From the NCBI GenBank assembly GCA_964036045.1, contig OZ038379.1, positions 17,546,001 to 17,610,000 of the forward strand: a DNA stretch of 64,000 bases. Reading direction: 5' to 3'. Shown here in pieces: positions 10,901 to 22,900 of the stretch (position 1 is the first letter of the stretch; every line of letters begins with the position of its first letter). Source of the DNA: Eutreptiella sp. 'Long Island Sound 2002'. Taxonomy: Eukaryota > Protista > Euglenida. The position numbers were made by a program, and so were the translations under genes. The notes under the pieces were generated by a model, which searched no databases, was not told the origin of the DNA, and saw only the letters and a program-made list of their open reading frames with translations.

Positions 10901-13900
10901 GCTCCCGGTGCTCTGCATCTGCCTTCTGGTTGGGGGGTCCAAAACGGCCGGTTTCGTGCGCCGCGCGCGCACAGTCCACAGTGCGGCCCCTGGAACGGCG
11001 ATCTCTACCACAAGAGACAACAACACTGCCGAATGCCGATCAAATGTCATGTCTCAGCACCAGCACACGGCACAGGCGCATGCAAACAGGACGTCACTGC
11101 TCCAGGGACCCGTTAGCTCTGGGCAGAGGATTGGAACTTTGGGTCGAGACCAAAAAGTGGGTTGACCTGGACTGAAAAGCCGTTGCAAAAGGGTTCAGTG
11201 ACGGCGAAGAACCAAAAACGGAACAATGAAGCGGGGCAAAAACTCGGTTGCCCGGGTCTTCCGTGGAGGAGGGATTGGCAGAGACGCGCTTGAAGGGGCG
11301 GGGGGGGGGGGAGCCCCCCCCCCGCCCTTTCAGGGCCGGTCAGTTCCGTCCCACCTGCTTTCAACTGCCCCCGGCTGCCCTCCAACCGTTTTGTAACCGC
11401 CAGCACTTGCCCAGCACAGCCGCCTCTCCAACCGCCAATAACTGCTTTTGCCGGTGCTCTGGAAACAACCCTCTTGCCTCTCTGCCCCTCGACCGCATCT
11501 CTGTGCGTGGCCATAAATCAGCGATGGTTGCTACCCTCCAGAATCACTCTCGCATCCACAATAGTACCTCATGGTACTACAAGTAACTTCATCTCTGTGC
11601 GTGCGTGGGTGGGGGGCTGGGGTAAGCATTCCATGGACAACACTGTGAATCATCAACGCTCTGACCTTCAGCAACACACAACACAACACCTGCGCAATGA
11701 GCGGGCGCCAGAACGCAATGGCCTCCGGGTCCTGCGTCCGCATGGCCCTGTTCATGGCGCTGTAGATCTGGTCGGCCTCGCCGTCCAATTCGTAGGTGTA
11801 GACGTGGATGGGCACGATGTGCAGGGGGCTGAGCGTCACGCGCTGCCGCCGCAGCTCGTACACCTTCATGACGCTCTCCCCGCACATCTCCACCAGCGGC
11901 CCGTCGGTGAAGGCGAAGCCCAGCGGCGCGGCCGTCTGCGGCAGCGCCATGGCAAACGGCAGCGTTCCCACGTCCGAGCGGTAGCCCGCGTCGTAGAACG
12001 CGCTGCCGGGGCTGCCGCTGGTGGGCGCCGCCAGCCCATCCGCAAACCGGCTCTGCACCGCCTCGTACCGGCCCGGCAGCGCCCGGTCTGGGCCGGTCGC
12101 GCGCTCCGCCACCCTCTGCCGACCCAGCGCCCCGATATCCCGGGAGACCCCGTCCGGCACTCCGAAGGCCGGGGCCAGGAACTCGTCCAGCGCATCGCCG
12201 AACCACTGCTCATCGACGCTCTCCGGCAGCGTCATCCCCCGGCACTCCGGGTTCTTGCACGCCGGCATCCAGAGCGACGGGTCAACGATCCGCTTCCGGA
12301 CGAGCAGCGAAAGGGTGACCGGGTCCCACACGGCGGTCGCGATCGGCCCGGCGGCGACGCTCACGAACGCCTGGTCCCACTCCGCCACCTCGTCCAAAAC
12401 CGTCGTAACTGCCCAACCGCCATCGCCGATCCGGTACTGAATCATCGTCTGCATGTGGCAGCGCAGGGCCTGGGCCTCTTCACCCGCTCGGCGTTGCTGC
12501 AGCTCCACGAGGTCCAGGAACGTGGGCTCCTGGTCCATCTGCACGGTGACGTGCGACGCCCCGTGCCTCAGCCCCTGCGCAATCTGCTGCTGCACGAAGT
12601 TGGGGTACGTGTGCCACAGGCCGTCCCCCACGTGGGTCTGCCACCGCAGACACTGAGGGTGGCGGAGCGTGTACGCCTGGGCCACGAACTCGATGGTGGG
12701 CTCGTCGCCAGAAATGGCGGCGGCCTGCATCAGCGACAGGGCTTGCGGGATCGGCTGCACACGCACCTCCTGACGGGGGAGACGAAGGGACAGAAGGTCG
12801 GATGGCAGTCAATGAAATGCGGTCATGGCAAGCGGAAGAGCAGAACAGCATCTAAAGCGACCCCAGGGATGCTTTGACCCCCCCCCCCCGCCAGACCCCC
12901 CTCTTGGTGCACCTGCACGGGTGGGGGGGGTGGGGGGGTCCCCAGATCCCAGCGACAGAAGAGGGACCAAATTACAGATGCCCTGGCTGTCCTGCTTCAC
13001 CCAGGCAACAGGCCGCTGCACTGCCACGGTCAGGAGATCGAACATGTGTCGGTGCTACTGCGATCACCGCCCACAATCGACTCTGCTGCTGCCGCTGCCA
13101 CCACCACTACCAGTACGACGGCCGCCACCACTGTCACCCAGTGCCACCGCTTCCACACACAACGGGCATCAATCTGATCAGGTCGCGCCGCATTGGACTC
13201 CAACCGTGCTTGCTCCCCGCGGCCTTCATTGTCTACGGTCCAGGCAACTGCCGTTCGTCCGGCGACCATCACTGCCATCAATGCACTTTGTCGTCTCCCC
13301 TGGCCCCTCCCGTGGCTACACAGGGCAGAGGGGGGCTCATGGAAATCGGTACCTCCAGCGATGCAAGCAAATGACGCAAAACCATGCGATTGGAAAAAAA
13401 AAAAGAAAATGCAGCAGAGCCATGCATGGCCTGCTGGGCGCAGAGGCACCGTCCAAAGCCAAAACGGCTGTGGTCCGATGGTGTGGTGTTGGGAAGGCTG
13501 CCGTTACCCAGGACTCCGTGCCCCCGTCCCTGGGAACACCGCCAGCAGTCAGCAGGAGGCACCGGTGGTGGGCCCGGGGGCACCACCGTAGATCGACCAT
13601 CACCACGGCAATGCCGCTGCCAACGCCGGCATCAGGGCCAAGCAACGAGGGGGGCTGAGGAAGGGCCACCTCCCGCAGATCGAAGTAGACCGCATCCTCA
13701 ACGTCACCGCGCGAGTCCGCCGAGGGGCGGGCTTCGTCCGCGATGGCGCTCAGTGACAGAGGGTTGATGACCGAGGCGCTGCCCTTGTCCTTGCCACGTC
13801 TGCGGGGGCGGTATTTTGTGATGGTCTTCAGGCCCCTGGTCTTGCTCTTCAGCAGTTGCTTCCAGGTCCGAGTGGTGTCCGCAGGCGTGTCTCCGTCTCT

Positions 13901-16900
13901 GGTCAGGCTTGGGGCCAGGGCGTCTGAGTCCGGGAGCATCACACGGGAGGTCGTGTCCCCGTTGCCGAGGTAGTCTGACACGCACCACCCGACGGTGTAC
14001 CGTTTCTTGTCCTTTGGCTGGGGCGTGTAGTAGTACAAGTAGCTGCCGCGGCTGTGCCCTGCAGCAACAATGTAGGAGTGGGGGGGGCAAGGGGGATGGC
14101 CGCGGGTCAGGGGTGGGCTCATGGCTTTGCCCCACCCATGCCTGCCACAATCGCGCGTACCCTCATCACCATGAGGCCCAACAGCCCCCCCCCCCCCTCC
14201 GCAGCCGAGGACAGACGTACATGCATGGCCACGCACGCATCGGCGCATTGCCATGTGTGTCAATGTGTTGACATGCGGCGTCAACGGTCACACACAACTT
14301 AACAGTGACACGTTGACCTGCGCGTTGACATGTGCGTGATGTGCACATTGACATGACATGTGTATTAACATGTGCATGAAAGTTAACGCACCGTTGGCAT
14401 GTGTTAACCAAAAACTGACCAAAATCAATAGCTTTGAAGAAAAATGAGGAACATCAATGTTTGTGACCAAAAAGACCAACAGACGTGAAGAAAAGAGGCA
14501 AAATGAAGGACCGAGTGTGTGTGGGATTGCTGCTTTTGGGATGGATACGCGGTATTGCAGGGGCTGTCACTTAGCCCTCCAAAATGGTTGGCAGTTGATG
14601 CTGAGTGGCACACCATCCGGGCTGCTCACTGTGCGTGCGATGCGCGCTGTGTTGCTGAGCTGCATTGGGTGTCTGTGTCTGTGTGAGGGGGGTCCATGGC
14701 GGTGGCAGGCGGCCGTGTAGTACAATTGGTGCCGGATTGCTTTGTCTTTCTTGATATGACCCGCTTGTTGGCTAAGGTCAGGTCTGGGGCGTACTCTGTG
14801 GGGGGGCAGGGGGAGGCTGGGCTGGATAGACGCATTGCGCTGCGCCGTCACGCACGCGTTTAATTGACACCCCGTTCACGTACATGTCAACGCGCCGTTA
14901 CCACACCTTTAACACTCCCCTGCACATGCATATCATCCACAGTGCAAGTGTCGTCTGTAGACAGTGTGCATAGGTGTTGTACAATTTGCACATGTTGTGG
15001 ACACTGTGTCTCGCATCAATATTTTCCACCCGCGTATGCCCCCCCCGCCCCCTCACCCACCCACCCACCCACCACCAACTTCCCATCCAGTCGTTGCAAT
15101 GCATTCCACGCCAAATGGAAGTGGAGTCCAACCAGCGCATGTTTTGCAGGAAGCTGCGGTTTGGTTCCCATGTGTTGTCTGTTGTCTGTTCGTGGAGGCT
15201 GGGTCGGGCTGCACACGGAGATGTGATGGGCCATGTGGGAGGCTCCAGGGGGGCCGAGGCTTTCGGGGCAGGTGTGGGGGGGGGGGAGGCCATGACAAAG
15301 GACATACCGACATACACCGGGCGGCAGTTGTAGGACAGCGGGGGCTGCCGCACGTAGAGGTCGTCCTGGTGCCCCAGGCCCTGGACGAGGAAGCAGTCGT
15401 GCTCCTCCTCGTACTCCGGCCACACATCCAAGTGGGTGCCGCGCCGCTGCAGCAGCGCCCGCAGCTGCGGCAGGTTCCCGGCCGCCGCCGCGCAGTGCCA
15501 CGCCGTGGGGGCCCCGGGCAGGGGCCGGAGGTCGAGGTCGGGCCAGAGGTCGAGCAGGGCCCGCATGGCGTCTGGGCTCTGGCCCTTGATGGTGGCGGCG
15601 AGGAGGTGCACCAGCTCCACGTCGCTTGGGTCCTGCGCGCACCACGCGGCCAGCCCCGCCAGGTCCGTGCACACCGCGGCGCAGTGCTCGGCCCAGCAGC
15701 GGTCGTGGTACGGCCGGTGGGCCGGGCCCTCCGCCCAGCGCTCCACGACCACCGGCCGCCGGCACCGGCAGCACCGCAGGCACCGCGTGTGCGCCTTCAG
15801 GGGGGGGCCGTCCGAGGGCAGGTACGTGCCCACGACGCGCCACGGGGCCACCGCGCGCTCGCAAATGGGGCAGCGGTACGGCGCGTGCCGCATGTCGTCG
15901 CGCAGGGCCCAGACGGCGGCGGCGGCGAGGAGGGCGGCGCCGAGGGCGGCGAGGGCGAGGCCGAGGAGGGCCACGGGGAAGGAGGGGTCGGCGCCGTCGG
16001 TCATGGCGCCGAGGGCCAGGTACCAGACCAGGCCCCCAGCGATCAGGTGCAGGCCCACGAGGAGGCCCACCTGCTTCCAGGGGTTGGCCCAGCGCGGGTG
16101 CTTGACCCGCCACTTGCTCGGGTGCCGCAGCCAGTACGCCTTCGTCAGGGGGTGCGCCGCTTTGTGGAGGGCGTGGCGCCGGCCGCAGTACACGCAGCAC
16201 GGCAGCGGCGAGAGAGCGCCCAGGGCCACCAGCAGCACGACCAGGAACGACGGGGAGTGCACGACGTACAGGTCCACGTCGAGCCCGGCGGCGGGCGTGA
16301 GCCGGTCCTTGGCAGCGCTTGGGAGGGGCCCGCGGCGGCGGGCGGCGGTGGGAAGGGGCTCGTAGATGAAGAGGAGGTTGATTGGGGCGGCGCCCGCCGG
16401 GAGTACGACCCGCCGTCCCACGTCCTGCGACGTGTACTGGAGACCGCATGCCTCACCGGCCTGTGGATTGAGAGAGTGGGGACTGAGAGAGATACAGAGA
16501 GCGGGGGGACGGGGGGGGGGAGGGCTGGTTGGTCCTGGACAATCTGCAGCGGTGTGGATCACTGCCGCAAGGCATCAATTACGTCATCCGGTGTTTTCTC
16601 ATCATGTCACAACACTTCAGGGAAGGGAACTGGCGCGGTAGTAGGGGCTGGTGGAAGGCCTGCGAGTGAAGAGAGGGGCCCAAAGGGTAGTGAGACAAAC
16701 ACTTTAGAAAACGGTTGGGTTACGGTTGAGAGAGGGTTGGGAAGCAGGAGGCGGCGGTTACAAAACCGTTGGGGCCGCAGTTGAAGCAGGAAGGATGCGG
16801 TTGGAGCGCAACTGACAGTCACCGTTCTTTTTGGGGGGGAGGGGCGGGGTGCCCTCGGGGGCATCTGCTGGAGTGAGGCAGGCTGCAGGGACAAGGGTAG

Positions 16901-19900
16901 GGAAATCACGTGAGACCGCATGAATCATTGCGCATATGGGAAAGGAAGATGCAGAAGGTATACCGTTTACCCCACCAAGATAGACACCCCCCCAGGGGTT
17001 GAGAGATACGTCACGGTGGGCCACATCTAAGCCGGGCCCGGCGGCCTGGGCCCCATCCAATCGGACATTCTTCAGTGGAGCCTGTCTGCAACTCTACCCA
17101 ATCACCTGGTCGGAGCCCATTGAGAGCCCTACCCAAGCACATCCCTGTAGTGAAGTCATCGCTATCATTCTCACCGTGTACCTTCCGCACCAGCTCATTC
17201 AACCCATGCCTACCCTCGGCCTCACCCTGGCTTCACTCTCAGCCCGAGAACGGCCAAGAAACGGAGCACGGGGTTGGTTTGAAGGGGACCAGGGAGGCAG
17301 GTTCGATGAAACTTGGGAGGTACTGTGCCGCTCAGGTCCCCCTCCCCCTCCCCCCAGGTTCAGGCTCAGGCTCGGCAAGAACAACGGTAACAGCACTGAC
17401 AATGGCGGCAACAACGCCTCCTGTTGTTCTGACAAGGGCGTTGGTTACGTGTGCCGTGCAACGACACAAGCAGCAAAGCAACGCATCAATGAGGCCCAGA
17501 CAGCCATGTCTATGGGGGTGCATCAAAATCATGGGAGGGGCAACAAGTAGCAGGACAGTAATCAGCATCCCTGAAATACCATCCCCAGCCCTGAATCACA
17601 GGGAATATCTTCGCGGACCACCGGAAATGCAACCGCCCAATTCCGCGGTTCCAAAATTGCACAAACAACGCCTCATGTTGGTCTGACATGGGCGTTCTCC
17701 CACGGGGGCGGGGGTGCTCGGGCGCCATACTCACAGGGGTCTGCCAAGGAATCAGACACATCGGCCGCTAGCCCCCCCTTGGCACCCAGGTTAGGGTTAG
17801 GTCCACCGCCCCTCAGCTCAAGCACAGAATTGTCGGGAACCGCCTGATGTATGGCACAAGTGGCACACTCAGATCCCCCAAATCTGGGGTATTGATCCAA
17901 CATCCGGATCAGAACCCAAAATCCGGTGTATTGGTCACACAGCTGGATCACAACCCCAAAAATCTGGGGTATGCCGGCGACACGGGAAAAATGCCTGGAA
18001 CTGCAGCGGCCCACTGATGTGTCACACTTGGTAATCCCAAACTTCCTGCTCCATGTGCCAGAGAGAGACAGAGAGACAGAGAGACAGAGAGAGAATAGGG
18101 GGGAGAGAGGGCTGAAAGTGCTTCCGAGGGTGAGGCTGATTCACAACGCATGAGAGCGATTGGCGAAAGAAGAGGCTGGGGCGTTTCGGCGAGGGTGAGG
18201 ACATTGGGTCGGCAGGTCGGATGAAAGGGAAGGCTGACCTGGCAGTCAGACGCCAGCGCCACAGTGATGTTCCCATCCAGTTGCACGATGCTGACCACAA
18301 CCTTCCGTTGCTGAAGCGCCGAAGAGCCAGCGCCCATCCAAAGCGACTGTATGCACTTGTAGCCCCCCGCCTGAAGCGAAAGCCTGGGGGTTGTGGCCCC
18401 TGCTGCCACCTGCTTCTCCGGGGCGCAGAGAGCAAACTCCAACGTCTGCGACGGGCTGGCGGTGGCGGTGGGCACCGTTGTGGCCGTGCTTGACGCACTG
18501 GCCGTGGACGAGATACTTTGCGTTTGGGGGAGAGACAAGGTAGAGCTCGTTGTGGGGGGGACGGTGAGTGTTGGAGTCGTGGAGTGGGTCCCCATGGAGG
18601 TTGCGGTGCATGAGGGACTGGGCACGGGTGTTTGGGACAGAGTACTGGTGGGTGTGAACATCCGACTGGGCGTTGGGGTGACAGAGGGAGAGCTTGAGGG
18701 GGTGAAGAGGCTGCTGGCCGTTGGAGTGCTTGTTGGAGTGCTTGTGATTGTGAACAAGCGACTGAGTGTTGGTGTGTTCGATGGGCTACTGGTGGCGGTG
18801 TATACCCGACTGCGTGTGGGGGTGCTTGAGGCGGTGCTGGTGACAGTGTACACACGACTGGGCGAGAGGGTGTCCGATGGTGTGTTGGTGATTGTGTACA
18901 GGCGACTGGCAGTCGGAGTTTGTGATGCAGTGCTGGAGATTGTGTACAAGCGACTGGCGGTGGGGGTGTTCGATGGAGTGCTGGAGATTGTGTACACGCG
19001 ACTGGCGGTGGGGGTGTTCGATGCACTGCTGGAAGCCGTGTACAAACGGCTGCCGGTTTGCGTGTCGGATGTTGTGCCAGTAATCGTGTACAGCCGACTG
19101 GGCGTTAGGGTGCTTGAGGGAGTGCTGGTGACCGTGTACAACCGGCTGGACGTGGGGGTATTGGAGGTGGTGCCAGTGAGTGTGTGTAAACCACTGGGCG
19201 TTGGGGTGCTGGATAGAGTGCTGGAGCTCGTGTGCAATGGGCTCGCCGTTGGGGTATGTGATGCGCTGCTGCTGACCGTGTACCACCGGCTGGGGGAAGG
19301 AGTGGTGGTTGGAGTGGTCGTAATCGTGTAGAGACGGCTGAGGGACGGAGAGCTTGAGGGGGTGGTGGTGCTTGTGCGGGAACGACTGGGTGACAGAGTG
19401 CCTGTTGCAGTTCCAGTGACAGTATAGAAGCGGCTGGGGGTTGGTGTGCTCGATGAAGTAATGGTGTTGGTATACACACGACTCGGCGTGGGCGTGTCGG
19501 ACAAAGTGCTGGTCAGAGTCAATACGTGACTGCACGTGGGAGTCTGTGATGGCGTGCTGGTCAAAGTGAAAACCTTACTGAGCGTTGGACTATGTGAGGA
19601 AGTGGCGGTGAGGGTTGATGAGAAGCTCAGCGTGTGTATGGCCGTCGGGGTGTTGGTGAGCGTCACAAACGGGCTGGGTGTGGAGGTTGTGGATGCGGTT
19701 CTGGTGCAAGTACAGGAATGGCTGGGCGTTTGGGTGCGGGATGATGTCGCAGTGACGGTGGAATGGGCACTTGGTGTGTGAGATCTGGATGCGGTGGTGG
19801 TAACAGTGAAGGTGGCGCTGACTGTGTGACTGCAGGTTGCTGTGCTGGTAATAGCGGAACTGACAGTGGGAGTACCGGATAGGGTAGCGGTGACGGTCAA

Positions 19901-22900
19901 AGAAGGGCTGGAGGTGCGTGTGCAAGAAGTGGTGAGAGTGGCAGAAGTGCTGGGTGTGTTGGTGCTGGATGGGGGGGTGGTCTCAGTTAACGACGAGCTG
20001 GGTGTTCGAGTCTCTGTCGTTGTGTGACTGGTGGAGCGGGTGGGTGTATGCGTGAGCGATGAGGTTGTGGTCAGAGTGCGGGAGCCACTGGGGGTGAGAG
20101 TGCTCGACGGGGCGCTGGTGGGCGTGCAGGAGACACTGGGCGTACGGGTGTTCGATGGCGTTGCTGTGAGAGTGGAAGACATACTGGGTGTATTTGTGCT
20201 TGATGGAGTCGCGGTGAGGGTGGCGGAAGAGCTGGGTGCATTACTGCTGGTGGGCGTGGTGGTCGCGGTGCAGGATGCACCACATGTGTTCGATGGCGTT
20301 GCTGTGAGAGTGGAAGACATACTGGGTGTATTTGTGCTTGATAGAGTTGCGGTGAGGGTGGCGGAAGAGCTGGGTGCATTACTGCTGGTGGGCGTGGTGG
20401 TCGCGGTGCAGGATGCACCACATGTGTATGTGGCAGACGGCGTGCTGGTAAGGGTAACGCAAGTGCTGGGCGTATGTGTGCCAGAAGTGCTGGCTGTGCC
20501 AGAAGTGCTGGCTGTGGCAGAAGGGGTGTTGCTGCTGGTTGACGTTGGGGATGGAGTGACAGAGGGCCTGGGGGTCAAACTCGGGCTTGCAGTGAGGGTC
20601 TTGGAACGCGTGTTTGTGCAAGTGCAGGATGTAGTCATGGTACCCGATGGAGTACTGGTGCGAGTGCAGGACATGCTCCGTGTCGCAGTTCTCGATGGAG
20701 TACTGGTCAGAGTGACGGACGGACTGAGAGTATGAGTGATGGATGGGGCACTTGTGAGCGATGGGGACGAGCTACGGGTATGAGTGGGTGTTTGGGTAGC
20801 AGCAACAGTGCAAGAGGCAGTGGAGGTGCGGGTGTTGGATGGGGATGCTGTCAGTCTGCTGGATTGCGTGCTTGTCGTGGAAACAGACAATGTGGCAGTA
20901 CCCGATGGAGTGCTGGTGGGAGTGATAGACGAGCTGGGTGTTCGAGTCTCTGTCGTTGTGTGACTGGTGGAGCGGGTGGGTGTATGTGTGAGCGATGAGG
21001 TTGTGGTCAGAGTGTGGGAGCCACTGTGGGTGAGGGTGCTCGACGGGGTACTGGTGGGCGTGCAGGAGACACTGGGTGTACGGGTGTTCGATGGCGTTGC
21101 TGTGAGAGTGGAAGACATACTGGGTGTATTAGTAGTCGATGGAGTGGTGGTTTGGGTAATGAAGAGGCTGGGAGTATGAGTGCTCGATGGGGTGGTCGTC
21201 AGAGTGAAAGCAGTGCTTTGCGTGTCAGTGTACGACGAAGTAATGGTGCGAGTGTATGACATGCTCGGTGTCGGAGTGCTCGATGGAGTGGAGGTCAAGG
21301 TAAACGACGGCCCGGGTGTAAGGGTGACGGATGGGGTAGCTGTGAGCGTGGAGGGCAGGCTGCAGGTATGAGTGCGGGATGGGGTAGCCGTGGGAGTGGG
21401 AGAGGCAGTGGCGGTACGGGTGCGGGATGTCGTTGTGGTGGGCGTGCCAGAGCGGCTGGCTGTCAAGGTATTGGATTGGGTGCCGGTAGTGGAGCCGGAC
21501 CCTGTGCACGTACATGTGCGTGTCGGGCTCGAAGTGGCAGTCTCAGTGATGGTGTATGTTCCAGTTTGAGAAGAACTGGTGGTGCGCGTTGTGCTTCGGG
21601 TGAAACTCCTGGTCCCAGTGGGCGTTGCACTTAATGAGGCGTCAGGCGTCACGGTTGGGCTGGGACTCGCGGTTGCGGAAGGGGTCGCTGTAGGGGTGAC
21701 TGTTGTGACGGCCGTGAACGCAGAGTGGAACCAGCCCAGCGCGATGCTGTCGATGGCGTAGCCATTGGGGGACTCCAAAATTTGTGGAGTCGGCTGATCG
21801 TCGTAGAGCCCCAGCCCTAATTGGCCATTGGAGTTCAGCCCCATCACGTAGCACACCCGGCCGGCTATGAACGCGGTGGAGTCCGCCCCCACCGCAACGA
21901 AGGTGACCACTGCACCGTTGGGGACCTCCAAGCGCTGAGGAGAGAATTGCGGCCCGGGACCGGCGCCCGGCAACCCAAGTTGGCCGTGCTGATTGGAGCC
22001 CATGACGTAAAGCAACCCGCCCGCTATGAACACGGTGTGCTCGTGGCCCGCCTGAATGGCCGTGATCTCCGCGGCATTCGGGGCCACCAGTTGCTGTGGA
22101 GTTAGATACTCCGGCCGGCTGGTCCCCTGGCCCAGCTGGCCCTGCTGGTTGCTGCCGAATACATAACACTCCCCGCCAGCGAGGAATGCGGTGTGCTGCC
22201 GACCCAATGAAAGGGAGGTGATCTCAGACCCCTGCGGCGGGATCAGAAGCTGCGGAGTGTGCCGGTTGACTTGATCCCCGAGCCCTAGCGTGCCACGAGA
22301 ATTCCATCCCATGATGTAGGCCTGGGACCCTGTTGCGGATGAAACACTATGCGACACAACACAACACAACACAGCACAACACAACACAACACAATACAGT
22401 ACAGCACAGCACGGCACGGCATAGTTGCTCGTAAAACATTGCGACACAGCGCAATACAGTACAGCACGACATGACACTGTGAAGCACAACACCAACACCA
22501 GTGCAACAGGCATGGAAGGGTCATCATACGCCTTTGCGAGAACAGAAGCGCGACCAGAAGAAGGAGAGGCATCCTCGATCGTCGTGCTTAGCACTGCACG
22601 ACACACAGTGAGATATACATGGAGTGCGTGCGCATCACAGGGCACACACATCATACGTACGCATCACAGAGCACACAGGGGGTGAATGGGACTGGCAGAG
22701 TTATCCATATCCATGGGATTGTACCATCGCCAAATTACCGGGGCCGCTATTCTGATGAGCATCCATGTGGTTCTCATGTGAGAGGTAAACGCCGGACGGG
22801 AGACGACACAGGGGGCGGGGGTGGGGGGTAGCCATACACGCAACATAGCAGCAGTCCATTTCCAGGCCCTTGGCTACTTGTCATAGCGGTGCGTTCAGGA

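Noticed and set aside
14964-16784. Long plus-strand ORFs opposite GC-rich exons (also 11474-12877, 6638-8053, 23493-24326, 26235-27170, 38045-39118)
   Set aside because: Antisense shadows of high-GC3 exons. They are R/G/A/P-biased, have no motifs, and the minus frame carries recognisable domains and splice sites.
18393-21761. Val/Gly-rich plus-strand ORFs
   Set aside because: Mirror of the Thr/Ser/Pro repeat stalk on the minus strand.
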